A DNA stretch of 64,000 nucleotides from Azolla caroliniana (Eukaryota; Plantae; Polypodiophyta). Shown here piece after piece: positions 28,158-39,232 of this stretch (position 1 is its first letter; every line of letters begins with the position of its first letter). The notes beneath the pieces were generated by a model. It worked only from the letters and a program-made list of their open reading frames with translations, was not told the DNA's origin and made no database searches. The position numbers and the translations under genes were made by a program. Where the stretch lies: positions 6,448,001-6,512,000 of the forward strand of contig JBHGNT010000011.1 in the NCBI GenBank assembly GCA_043228905.1, given 5' to 3'.

Positions 28158-31100
28158 TATGTACCCGGAGCGAGATCCGGATGCGGGGACATATTTGTGA
28201 ATATGTTTGCCAAGGGTCCTTGAGGCCATATTTGTAAATAGCCCGAAAGTCATATGCGTATAAATATGACTTAGGGCAAACAGTTTTACTGTTGTTGCTC
28301 ATTTTTCATGCGAAGTGAGAGCAGCCGTGAGATAGAGAGAGAGAGAGATAGAGCGCGAGTGAGGAAGAGGTAGACGCCTCTGTGTATTTCCGCCGCCTGT
28401 GGCGAGGACAGCGAGCTCAAGGTCGTCGCCTTGCAGCTCGCCATTGTATACTTCTTTGTATAGTGTTGATTTGGAGTCTTGTACTCCCGTGGTTTTTCCC
28501 GTCTAGGGTTTTCCACGTTAATCCCTGTGTACTCGCGTTTTGTTTTCTCTTTGTGGTTCCTATTTTCTGCTCCATTGATTCGCGCTTACTCGGTTGTGGC
28601 CGAGTGGTGAAGGTGAATAGAAGGGTCTATTCCTTACAGGCTTCGCATGTTGCGACAACCGCTCCTCTATATTCGGCTTCGGTGCTCGACAATGCAACTG
28701 TTGGCTGCTTCTTGCTACTCCACGCTATCGCGGCACTCCCAAGAGAGAACGCATGTCCGGACGTGGATCGGCGATTGGCGACATTGCCGGCCCAGTCGAC
28801 ATCAGTGTAGCCGACCAACTACGGGGCTGTATCGGTCCAATATAGCACTCCGCGGTCCTTAGTGCCGCTTACGTACCGCAGTACGTGTTGCGCTTACGTA
28901 CCGCAGTACGTGCTCCTCGGTAGGTCGCGCCATGAACTGACTGATCACCCCGACAAGATAACTGAGATCAGGTCGGGTGATGGTCAAGTAGATAAGGCTT
29001 CCGACAACTTGTCGGAACCTTGTTGGATCGCAAACCTTGCCGGAATTGGGGCGAAGCTTGACAGTTCTGTCTAGAGGAGTCGAGACGAACTTACAGTCTG
29101 CCATCTTGAATTTGAAGAGCATATTCAGTGCGTAATGACGTTGGCTGATTAGTATGCCTTCGGGGGTGCGGATCACTTCGATCCCGAGGAAGTAATGAAG
29201 GTCCCCCAGATCCTTCATGTCGAATGATGCCGCAAGCTGGAGCTTCACGCGGTTGATCTCACCTAGGTCGACGCTGGTGATGACCAAGTCATCAACATAG
29301 AGTAAAATATTGACCGGCCCGAGTCGACCTTTCCGAATGAACAACGAGGAGTCCGATTTTGACGTCGCAAAGCCCATCCGACGCAGCCGATGCGTGATTT
29401 TTGCATTCTAGGCACGCGGGGCTTGCTTCAGTGCGTAAAGGGACTTCTTCAATCGGCATACTGCCGACGTGTTCGGTCCGAAGTGAAATCCGGGGGGTTG
29501 TACCATGTACACTTGGTCCTCAAGCTCACCTTGCAGGAATGCATTCTTTACATCCATCTGATGTAGGTGCCACCCCTTGGCCGCGGCTACTGCAAGCAAC
29601 ACACGAACGGTCGTCATCTTTGCGACCGACGTGAACGTCTCATCGTAGTCGATGCCGTGTTTCTGCGCGTAGCCTTTTGCCACTAATCAGGCCTTGTAGC
29701 GGTTGACCGAGCTGTCGGTGTTGTACTTGACCTTGTACACCCACCTACATCCGATCGGCTTCACACCCTTCGGTGTGTCAACCAGATCCCAGGTCTCGTT
29801 TTCTGCCAATGCGTGCATCTCTTCCTCCATCGCGGTGCGCCAATTCGCGTCCTTCGCCGCTTCTACGTAGCTCCCCGGCTCACGCACTTCCGCTACACGG
29901 GTCATGTACGCATAGTGATGTGCCATGTACTCGTTGTATCCAAACCGCACAACTAGGTTCTTTTGGCGGGTAGATCGGCGTAATCGGTCATTTGCCGATG
30001 TCGAGGTCTTCTCGGCCGACGCGAACTTCGTTCCTGAAGGCCCGTCGCCGCTTCCCTCGAAGTCGGACTCGCGTCGGTCCGACCCGTTCCTATCCGTGCC
30101 GGAATCCGACACCTTCTGCTTCCCTTTCTCTTCGCGCGTAAGCCGTCTCCTCGGCTTCCTACGTGGGGAATGCACGACCGAGTCTCCACTACTCGCTGGC
30201 TCTTCATCGGACTGGTCGTACCGACTCAGTCGTCCATTCGGTCCACTTAACCGAAATGAAATCGGACTCTCTTCGAGGGTTCCGATTTCAGGCTCAGTTG
30301 GAGGCACCTCGGCCTCGCTGTCCTCATCGTCAGAACTCGGATTGGAGGTGAGGTCCAGAGTCGGAGGCACATACCAGGACGCGGACTCATCAAACACAAC
30401 GTTGCGGCTCACGCGTGGTTGTTTGGTACGCGGGTTATAGCACTTATAACCCTTCTGCTCGTCCGAATAGCCGACCAAGATACACTTCTCGACTTTTGCG
30501 TCCAACTTTCTCCTTTTCTCCTTCGGCACATGTACATACGCAATGATACCGAAAACTCGTAAGTGTCGCAAGTTCGGCTTTGTTCCAAAGTATAGCTCGT
30601 GTGCCGACACTTTTTCTCCGATTCGGTTCTGGATGTATACTGCGGTTCTTACCACCTCGGCCCAATAGAACTTGGGCAAGCTCTTCTCCTCCAGCATTGC
30701 GTGTGTAGCTTCCACAACCGACCGATTTTTTCTCTCGGCCACGCCATTTTTCTCCGGCGTGTATCTACAACAGTATTCGCGCCGAATTCCCATCTGTTGT
30801 AGATAACCGTTGAATTGACCAGAAAAGTATTCTTTTCCGCCATCCGACTGCAGGCACTTGATCTTTCTTACTGTTTCCGTTTCCACGAACCCTTTGAGGT
30901 CCCGGAAACAGTCGAAGACTTCGCTTTTCCTCTCAATGAGGTAGATCCACGTGTGCCGCGTGTAGTCGTCGATGAAGGAGACAAAATATCGGCTCCCGCC
31001 AAGACTAACGTTTTGTGCCAGCTCCCACACATCAGAGTGTATCAAGTCTAGCTTGTTCCGGCTCCGATTACGCTCGTTTGGGAAAGGAAGTCGGTGTTCC

Positions 31101-33586
31101 TTCCCAAGCTGGTAGTCTTCACAAATTTGTGCCTTCCGGCCACTAAATTTGGGCAATCCAAACACCACTTGTTTTGATTGCAGGTCTTGAAGCCGCTGGT
31201 AGTTGACGTGGCCTATCCGTTTGTGCCATAAGTCGATGTCCGACTCGACTTTTTGTCCCTTCGCGAACATTGCGGTGCCACCGTCAGTAGAGTCGAGGAT
31301 AAACATCCTCCCATCTCTGCGCCCTTGTGCAATAATACGACCTTCTTCCTCAATGAAGCACCCAAGATGCGTAAACCGAACCTGCATCCCCTGGTCGACG
31401 ATCTGCCCGACCGACACCAGATTCTTCGTGATGGTCGGGACGTGTAACACGTTCATAAGTTTCCCTTTCTCCCGACATGGCTCAAGGGAACTTCACCGAC
31501 ATTTGCGATCGGATGCGGAGTGTTGTCTCCAGTTGCGAGTACTCCTGGTTGCGTCAGTTTCTCAAGGTATGAGAACCACTCCTTGTGGCACGTCATGTGG
31601 TTTGACGCGCCGGAGTTGACATACCACACCTCGTCTGATTTCGGGGCAGACTGTTTCATAGAGTTTCCTTCGTGTCTCGTCACAAAGACTGACCCTTTTC
31701 CGGCTTTTCCGGATCCTTCGGGGTAGTGCGATCGCTGCCGATTTCCTTTGTCGGTATGTCCGGAACCAGACCTCTCCAACTCGGCGTGCTTCTTCCAGCA
31801 CTCGCTCTTCTTGTGGCCTTTCTTGCCATAGTACTAGCATTCCGTGGCGGATTTCCCTTTCTGGTTCTCGTCGCCTCGACTCCCCCTGTTTCCGGAGGGT
31901 TCGGAATTACTGTCGGCATCACTTCGTTGCGTTCTTCCTTGATCCCGTCGACCGCCTCCATTGCGTACCGACTCGCCTTGTCTGCCACGACCACATGGCC
32001 TTTCTCCTTCCGTGTACAACATCTTGTTGTCGGTGTGCGTGCTCGTCGACGCACCCGCGTGGTTCTCCTCTACCAGGAGCATCGACTGTAAGTCGAAAAA
32101 GGATGGCGTATTCTCTCGGGTACACACTGCAGTTCGAAATGCCCCGAACTTCAACGCCAAACCCCCGAGACAGACCTGGACCATCTCGCTTTCCTCGATG
32201 TTCACATCGATGGAAGCTAAGGAGTCGCATATGTCCTTAATCCTCGAGGTATAGTTAGCCACCGACAAATGCAACTCCTTAGCTTAACTCCTGTCGAAGC
32301 TGAAGCTTCTTGGCTGTGGTGCTCGCGGCGAAAATCTTCTTTAGATTTTCCCATGCACCCTTCGGTGTTTTCGCATCCCGAACATAGCTTAGCAGTTGTT
32401 CACCCACACAAGACGTGAAGCAATATAGCACTCTGCTCACCGATTGTTCCCACGCCGGGAAGTCTTTGTGTGTCGAATCGGGTGCTGTGTCATTTGCTCC
32501 ATCGACATAGCTCCAGTAACCATGTCCGAGCAGGTACTGGTGCATTATGTAGGACCAAGATGCGTAGTTGGTTCTGTCAAGCTTCTTTGTTGGAAGCGAG
32601 CTAGCCATTCCTCTGTCCATTGGTTTTCTTGTTCTTCTTCGTTGGTTTTTCCTTCAAGCAAAGTCAGCTGCAGAGGTTCTCAACCCTCGCGCTCTGATAC
32701 CATGAAAAGAATGGCGTGCGGAAGCAATATAGGAAAACCGAACAACAGAAAACGCAGGTTTAATGGAAAGCTTAGGTTTTCACAGTACGCTGTCGTGAAG
32801 AAAACCGTCCATAAGCGGAATCGGCGCACCAAGGCGTGGGAACCGGTTCTTCACGCGCGCACGCTCCAAGTTGTACATAGAAGCGAATTAGGAGGATAAT
32901 CGGCAGGAACGGGCCCTAACACAAGTGGAGACAAAGACCGCGCGAACAGTCTTTTCGGTCGCGCGCGCGAGCTAAGGAACTGTACGAGTCGGCGGCGTAA
33001 CTACGCGGATGCGTGAAGAACGGAGCGGATCCCTGTTCGAAAGGGACAGGGGATAAAGCTGACATGAAGGCCTGCTCGTCGGCCTATATAAGGAGCAGGA
33101 AAGAGCTGTTGCAGGCATCTCGCGCAGAGAGGACGAAGTGCTGTCGGACCGTTTCTGGACGCTTCTCTCTCTGTTTCCTTCCTTCTTGAGCTCCATAGCT
33201 TTCTGTGCAGGGTCCCGAGGAGGCTCGCGCTGTTTCGAGGAACGCCCGAGTGCTTCCGGCAGCACCTCCGACCTGCTACCCCTTTGTGCGTCGAAGCGAA
33301 CAAGCATCGGCATCTGTTCGCCGGCCTGTTCGGTTGTAACCATCTTGTGCCCCATCGAGGGTTGTAGTCGTGTTAGCCATTTTTGTTAATATACATATTT
33401 AGTCTTTCGCATCTGTCTGTGTCGGTGTCTGTTCGCGTTATCCGTGCTGAAGGGCCGTGTCCCTGTGTATCCCCGGTCCTGCGTAGCCGATTCTCTCTCT
33501 TTCTCCTCCCTCGCTTGCTCTTTGGTTCGAGACCCCCGCGGTCCCGCCTCGTTTCCACACGCACTTGCGTAATATCTCGACATCTT

Positions 33587-33604
33587 TGGTGAACCCGACG
33601 TGAA
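33587..33604 (+). promoter_or_regulatory. tRNA-Trp primer binding site of D
   Basis: TGGTGAACCCGACGTGAA is the reverse complement of the plant tRNA-Trp 3' end (...TTCACGTCGGGTTCACCA, from memory). Confidence 0.85.
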
Positions 33605-33626
33605 AGAGGCGGCAGAAGAGCAGAAG

Positions 33627-35753
33627 ATGAGGGGGTCGGATCTTGCAGAGGCCATGGCTTCGGCCGTGGATCGGATTGTAAACGCGCGCGAGGGCACCGG
33701 TGCCCTCGACAGAGCTATTGAGGCGATTGTCGGCACGATCGGCCGGTTCGATGGGAAGGATGCCACGAAGTATTTGGCGTCCTACGGTGCAGAGATGCTG
33801 ATGCGGGACATTCCGGAAGAAAGGCGTCTTGCCGGATTTCCCCGAGTGGCGATGCCGAGCATCCATGCGGAGGTGCTCGAGGTGCGGGCGGAGAGCCGTA
33901 CCTGGGAGGAGTTCGAAGGTCGGCTCCTAGAGAAATACGGGCTGGACGACGCGCTCCGGCTTTCGAAGCGAAGGTTCATGGAATGGGTGGAGTCCCCGGG
34001 GAAGGGAAGAAACGCGTCGGCACTCCTCCGGGAGTTCGAGGAAAACTTTGCGCGCCTTTCGGCGCTCGACCGAACCATCCTGGACACGAGCCGGGTCTTG
34101 CTGTTTGTCAAGTCGGTCGACGAGCGGGATCGGGAGCAAGTGGGCCTCTTGCTGGAAACCGAAGACGGGCTCACTACCGACTGGGCGGCTGTCAAGAAAG
34201 TCTGTGGCCGTTTCGACAAACGGCGAGAATGGGCGGATAACGGGGCAACCGGGTCGGGCTCGGTCGCAGCAAGGAAGCTCGAACCAGCGCCACAGGTGCG
34301 AAAGGAAGAGAGCCGAGAGTGGTTGGAAACCGGTTCGGCTTCGACCGGCGTAGTCAGAGGCTCAACCGGAGGAGCGGCGCTGGAGGAATTGACGAGGGCG
34401 ATAAAGGACCTCCAAATCGCGCAAGCCCGAAGGGAAGGTGGCGAACCGGCTCGTGACCGACGGCCGGCGGCAGGAAACAGGTGCATGTGGTGCGATGAAG
34501 TCGGCCACATTCGGAAGGACTGCGGCGACTTCGCGGAGGCGCTGAGGAACAGGGTGGTGTACCTGTGGGAAGGACGGGTGCATGCCAGCGACACCCGAAG
34601 GGCCCTGAGCCGAAACGACGGGCGAGGTGGTATGAAAAGGTTGATGGAAGAGGCGGCGGCCCGACACGCGGAAACCGTCCACTACTCGGCGTCGGCCGGC
34701 ATTCGAGTCGGGGGCGGCGAGGCCCAAAGGGAAAGCAAAGCTGGATTCTGGCCGACGATGCTGGAAGGCCTTGCCGGTGCAAGGCTTAAAAGGGAGGAAT
34801 CGGACCGTGCGGAGAAACGGGTACGGGAGATGACCGGGTGGAGCGACCCGGTCGAGGAAAAGACGCGCTTCGTGGAAGCCGCTTGCCAGAACTACGAGGC
34901 TCTGGTAGAAGAGAAGCGGGTGGGGAAACCCGGGACGACCGGGCCCTCACAACGATACGAGACCCGGTCCGGGCCACGACGGGACGAAGCCGGCGGGGCC
35001 GGTACGCAAGATAAACCCCAGAAGGGCGGGTACCGTCTGGGGACGGAGATAGAAAGGACCGCGGACTTACGAAAGGTCCTGGAGGAACGGATCCTCGACA
35101 GCAAGGTGGAGCTGTCGTTACGAGAGGTGCTGGGAATCGCCAAGAAGGAGTTCCACGACTCCATCGTGGACTTGGTGAAACGGAAGAGGCTGTCAACGGA
35201 GACAGAACCGGAAAGACCGGTGGAAGTGCGGACGACGCACCTAGACGACATGGCGCTGGGAGACGAGTGGGCGGAAAGCCACTATTCGAGACCACACTGG
35301 GCCCGAGCGACCACGGAAACCCCGGTGAAGATCGGCGATGTCCAGGAACCGGTGATAGCTTTGGTGGACCACGGATCGGAGATCAATTTGATGTCCATGG
35401 ACTTCTATAAGAAGGGCAAATGGCCGATCAACACCAAGCACGGGTGGAAAATAAGGGCAGCAACGCGCGCCACCGAGGAACTGCACGGGGCCTGTCCGAA
35501 TGTGCGAGTCAAGATCGGCGACGTCGAGATTGACCAACACTTCTTCGTGCAGGAGACGTCTTCGCATCCGGTCATACTGGGAGAGCCGTACATCACGGCG
35601 GCACGAATGGAGACCAAGGTGCTGGACAATGGTTCGGCCTACGCGAGGGTCAAAAGCCAAGACGGGCGCCATTCGGTCCAGTTTCTGACGGTACGGCCGA
35701 ACCACGAACGTAACCGCGACTCCCTCGGTTCCGAAAACCGAGAGGATTTTTAG
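33627..35753 (+). CDS. Gag-protease ORF of D
   Basis: CMWCDEVGHIRKDC zinc knuckle; ALVDHGSEIN...VILGEPY aspartic protease; first ATG after the PBS is 33627. Confidence 0.88.
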   Translation: MRGSDLAEAMASAVDRIVNAREGTGALDRAIEAIVGTIGRFDGKDATKYLASYGAEMLMRDIPEERRLAGFPRVAMPSIHAEVLEVRAESRTWEEFEGRLLEKYGLDDALRLSKRRFMEWVESPGKGRNASALLREFEENFARLSALDRTILDTSRVLLFVKSVDERDREQVGLLLETEDGLTTDWAAVKKVCGRFDKRREWADNGATGSGSVAARKLEPAPQVRKEESREWLETGSASTGVVRGSTGGAALEELTRAIKDLQIAQARREGGEPARDRRPAAGNRCMWCDEVGHIRKDCGDFAEALRNRVVYLWEGRVHASDTRRALSRNDGRGGMKRLMEEAAARHAETVHYSASAGIRVGGGEAQRESKAGFWPTMLEGLAGARLKREESDRAEKRVREMTGWSDPVEEKTRFVEAACQNYEALVEEKRVGKPGTTGPSQRYETRSGPRRDEAGGAGTQDKPQKGGYRLGTEIERTADLRKVLEERILDSKVELSLREVLGIAKKEFHDSIVDLVKRKRLSTETEPERPVEVRTTHLDDMALGDEWAESHYSRPHWARATTETPVKIGDVQEPVIALVDHGSEINLMSMDFYKKGKWPINTKHGWKIRAATRATEELHGACPNVRVKIGDVEIDQHFFVQETSSHPVILGEPYITAARMETKVLDNGSAYARVKSQDGRHSVQFLTVRPNHERNRDSLGSENREDF

Positions 35754-38700
35754 AGAGGACTGCCAAGGCGTGGGGCCGCGACAGTCCGGATGCTCTGGGA
35801 AAACCCCAGATCTGTACGATAAAACCGTGTACAATAGGTAGGAAATTTTGCTTCTCCGACAGCGGAGCATGTACGATGGTCGGCATCGCCGGCCGAGAGA
35901 AAACAAAGATGGAGGGGAGACTTCGGGCGTGCGGAGTTCTCGGCCCTGACGAAGAAATCGACGGAGCCGTGGAGGCAGTCTCCTTCGACGACACCTTGGG
36001 AATGCTGGGGAAGGTAGTCGAAGAAGACCTTAACGAAGACCGGACGATACCGGTGTGTTCCGAAGAAATGTACGAAGTCATCGCGGACTTCGGTCGAGGG
36101 CTCGAGTCGGAACGGACGGCCCGAGTTAGCACCAAGTACAAGACTGTGGACCGGAAGGTGAGGCCAGTTGCGGCGCCCTTACCGGAGGGCAGCGAATCCC
36201 GAATCAAAGGGGTAGCGTCGGACCCCAGCTTACGAGATCCGGCCTGCATAGGACACACCTTCACCAACGAGACGCTCCGCGAGCTGAAGATCGGTGGGGG
36301 CGGGTTCCTACTGCCGGTGGAGGAAGACCGGTTTCGGAGAATGCTCGGAAGGCACGGGAAAGCCTTCGCATTCTCACCGGAGGAAATCGGGTGCGTAGAC
36401 CCGACGATCGTAGAGCCAATGGTGATATTCACGGTACCGCATGTACCATGGAGTCTCAAGCCAATTCCGGTTCCGAGAGCTCACATCCCGAAGTTGATGG
36501 AGCTGTTGAAGCAAAAAGTTGATATGGGCATTCTCGAGCCGTCGAGCGCCCCATATTCAAACCGATGGTTTACCGTACCAAAGAAAAACGGATCGTTGCG
36601 CTTCATTCAGGACCTGCAGCCGGTCAACAGAGTGACCATTCGGAACGCAGGGATCGGACCGACCATAGACGAGTTCTCGGAGGCCTTCGCCGGAAGGTCG
36701 ATTTACTCGGTCGGTGATCTATACTCAGGGTACGACCAGTTCCAGCTAGCCGTGGAGAGCAGAGACATTACGACGATGCGAACTCCCCTCGGCCTAGTGC
36801 GGATGTGTACGCTGCCGCAAGGAGGGACCAACTCGGTGGCCCACATGGTGAATGCAATGAACAAGGTGCTGAGGGACTGCATCCCGGACATCACCATGCC
36901 GTTTCTAGACGACATCCCGATCAAGGGATGCCCGGTAGAAGAGAAGGACGAGACGATCGGGCCGGACGGATGCCGGCGATTCGTGATGACGCACATCGAC
37001 GACTGCGAGAAGGTGCTACAAAGGCTAGAGGATGCGAGGCTCACCTTCTCGGGGGAGAAGTCAGCCTTCGGGCAGTCGGAAATCATGGTGGTCGGACATT
37101 TATGTGGACCATATGGCCGGAAACCGTCTCCGGCAAAGGTAGAAGCCATCTCCGCGATGAAGCCTGATTGCAGCTCGGTCACGGAAGTACGAAGATTCTT
37201 GGGAGCATGCGCCTTCTACCACATATGGATCCCGCATTACGCGCACGTCGCGGAGCCGCTGTACGGATTATTGAAAAAAGGGCGAAGATTCGAATGGCTA
37301 GACAAGCACACGGAGTCGGTCCGGAAGCTGAAGGAGGCTCTTTCGGCAACACCGGCGCTCCGAAAGGCCGTCTACAGGAAGGGCACCCCAGTGTACATAA
37401 CGGTTGACACGAGTCTGACTGGAATCGGGTGGGTCGTCAACCAAGAAGACGAGGACGGCAATCGGTTTCCGATCCGATTCGGCGCGAAGGTCCTCAGTGA
37501 GCGGCAGCGAGGATACGCCCAGGTTAAACGCGAACTCTGGGGTATCGTTTCGGCGGTGAAGGCCGACAAGGACTATCTGATCGGGACAGAGGTAATCATA
37601 GAGACGGATTGCATGCCGATTCTCGGCATGGTTTCCGGATGCGCGATGCCGGACCTGGCAATGCTCAGGTGGATAGCGTACATCAAGTCCCTGGACCCAG
37701 AAATACGACACATTTCCGGGAAAGACAACGCCATGGCCGACATGCTTTCGAGGGCGAGGTTCGATGACGAGGGCGGCATGGTTTCGGAGGACGAAGAGGT
37801 CGGCGTGGACTTCTTCGAGGCAGCATACGTAACAACCGTCGGGACGAGCACTCCGGCGCTTAACGACTTCGACGCGAGCAAGTACGACGGGGAGTGGCTG
37901 CAGATCGGCGGGTTCTTGAGGACAATGGCGCCGGATGCGTCATGGACGAAAGACGAGGCCAACCGGATCCGGAAGAAAGCGTACCGGTTCTTTCTCCGGG
38001 ATGGCTATCTATGGAAGCACCCGAAGAAGAGGGACGGCGCTCCGCTCCGGGTGGTGGCGATGAAGGAAGAACAGGAGGAGCTGCTGACGGCCTACCACGA
38101 CAGCCCTTGGGCCGGACACCGTGGAACTTGGGCCACGTTCGAGAAGATAAAGGAGAAGTACTGGTGGCCGGGACTGTACCGGGACGTGCATCGATTCGTG
38201 ACAACTTGCGAGAGCTGTCAAATGCACTCCGTGGTCCGACACCGGGACGAGCTTCACCCTACGTACCCTCCGACCATCCACTTCAAATGGATGGTAGATC
38301 TGGTGACGATGCCAATGGGGGTAGGACAGATGCGGTACCTGGTCCTAGCGCGGGAGGATCTGACGAACCAGGTGGAAGGCCGGGCCCTTCCGAACAAAAC
38401 GACCGCGGCCGTATGTCGGTTCCTAATCGAGGACGTGATATGCCGGTACGGGTGCATCGGGAAGATCGTGGCTGACCGAGGGGAGTTGGACGCCGAAGAA
38501 GCCGCGGAGCTGTTCGACCGGCTGGGAGTCAAGCTCTCGCTCACCACTGCGTACAATCCGGAGGCGAATGGAAAGGTGGAGCGCGGACACGGGCCGATCG
38601 TCAAGGCGTTGGTTCGGGCATGCGGAGGCCGAGTCGGTAACTGGCCGCGGCTGCTACCTTATGCTTTGTGGGCAGACCGGACCACGCACAGTTCGGTAAC

Positions 38701-39232
38701 CGGGTACATGCCGACGGAGCTCATGTTCGGCCAGAAGCCGATCATGCCGATGGAACGGACGATCTCCTCATGGGCAACGGTCGACTGGAGGGACGAGATG
38801 AGCCGGGAGGAGTTGTTGGCCGCGCGTATACGACAGCTCGAGCGGAGACCGGAGGACGTGGAACTGGCTGCAGAGAAGCTCCGGGTGGCGAGGACAAAGA
38901 ACAACGCCAGGTTCGACCGAACGCACCGGCTCCGACCGAAGAAAATCGAAGAAGGTGACTGGGTGCTCGTCTACGACAGCAGCCTCGACAACCAGCACCG
39001 AGCTACACGGAAGTTCGCACGAAGGTGGTTCGGGCCTTACGTGGTACGGAGCGCCAATGACAACGGGACATATCACCTGGCGGAACTCGACGGCACGAGA
39101 ATGGCAATACCGGTTGCAGGGAAGCGGATCAAAGCGTTCAAGAAGCGACACGACGACGAGCCAGACCCGGCTCTCCTAGTCAGCAGTGACGAACGATCCG
39201 AAAACGAGGAAGAACCGACGGGCGAGGAATGA
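35750..39232 (+). CDS. Pol (RT-RH-INT) of D in the -1 frame, open from the slippery site
   Basis: FLDD RT, TVDTS RH, H-H-C-C and DDE integrase; hand translation finds no stop between 35750 and ATG 35876. Confidence 0.88.
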   Translation, partial: LERTAKAWGRDSPDALGKPQICTIKPCTIGRKFCFSDSGACTMVGIAGREKTKMEGRLRACGVLGPDEEIDGAVEAVSFDDTLGMLGKVVEEDLNEDRTIPVCSEEMYEVIADFGRGLESERTARVSTKYKTVDRKVRPVAAPLPEGSESRIKGVASDPSLRDPACIGHTFTNETLRELKIGGGGFLLPVEEDRFRRMLGRHGKAFAFSPEEIGCVDPTIVEPMVIFTVPHVPWSLKPIPVPRAHIPKLMELLKQKVDMGILEPSSAPYSNRWFTVPKKNGSLRFIQDLQPVNRVTIRNAGIGPTIDEFSEAFAGRSIYSVGDLYSGYDQFQLAVESRDITTMRTPLGLVRMCTLPQGGTNSVAHMVNAMNKVLRDCIPDITMPFLDDIPIKGCPVEEKDETIGPDGCRRFVMTHIDDCEKVLQRLEDARLTFSGEKSAFGQSEIMVVGHLCGPYGRKPSPAKVEAISAMKPDCSSVTEVRRFLGACAFYHIWIPHYAHVAEPLYGLLKKGRRFEWLDKHTESVRKLKEALSATPALRKAVYRKGTPVYITVDTSLTGIGWVVNQEDEDGNRFPIRFGAKVLSERQRGYAQVKRELWGIVSAVKADKDYLIGTEVIIETDCMPILGMVSGCAMPDLAMLRWIAYIKSLDPEIRHISGKDNAMADMLSRARFDDEGGMVSEDEEVGVDFFEAAYVTTVGTSTPALNDFDASKYDGEWLQIGGFLRTMAPDASWTKDEANRIRKKAYRFFLRDGYLWKHPKKRDGAPLRVVAMKEEQEELLTAYHDSPWAGHRGTWATFEKIKEKYWWPGLYRDVHRFVTTCESCQMHSVVRHRDELHPTYPPTIHFKWMVDLVTMPMGVGQMRYLVLAREDLTNQVEGRALPNKTTAAVCRFLIEDVICRYGCIGKIVADRGELDAEEAAELFDRLGVKLSLTTAYNPEANGKVERGHGPIVKALVRACGGRVGNWPRLLPYALWADRTTHSSVTGYMPTELMFGQKPIMPMERTISSWATVDWRDEMSREELLAARIRQLERRPEDVELAAEKLRVARTKNNARFDRTHRLRPKKIEEGDWVLVYDSSLDNQHRATRKFARRWFGPYVVRSANDNGTYHLAELDGTRMAIPVAGKRIKAFKKRHDDEPDPALLVSSDERSENEEEPTGEE

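Larger units (their letters stand above)
23089..28638 (+). mobile_element. Element C: young Tnt1/Tork-like Copia, LTRs 23089-23819 (731 bp) and 27936-28638 (703 bp), TSD GGCTT
   Basis: GGCTT at 23084-23088 and 28639-28643; PBS TGGTATCAGAGC 23823-23834; PPT AAGGGGGAG 27925-27933; inserted in the RNase H region of B. Confidence 0.96.

Noticed and set aside
28866-28912. 22-bp direct duplication in B RT (similar one at 19915-20075)
   Set aside because: Local repair or slippage lesion in dead elements; no sign of function
33600-33626. Track start of D gag at 33600
   Set aside because: It is a GTG inside the PBS; the first ATG is 33627
33782-36459. Long antisense ORFs over element D (and similar ones over C and G)
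   Set aside because: Expected shadow ORFs in GC-rich coding sequence; no motifs
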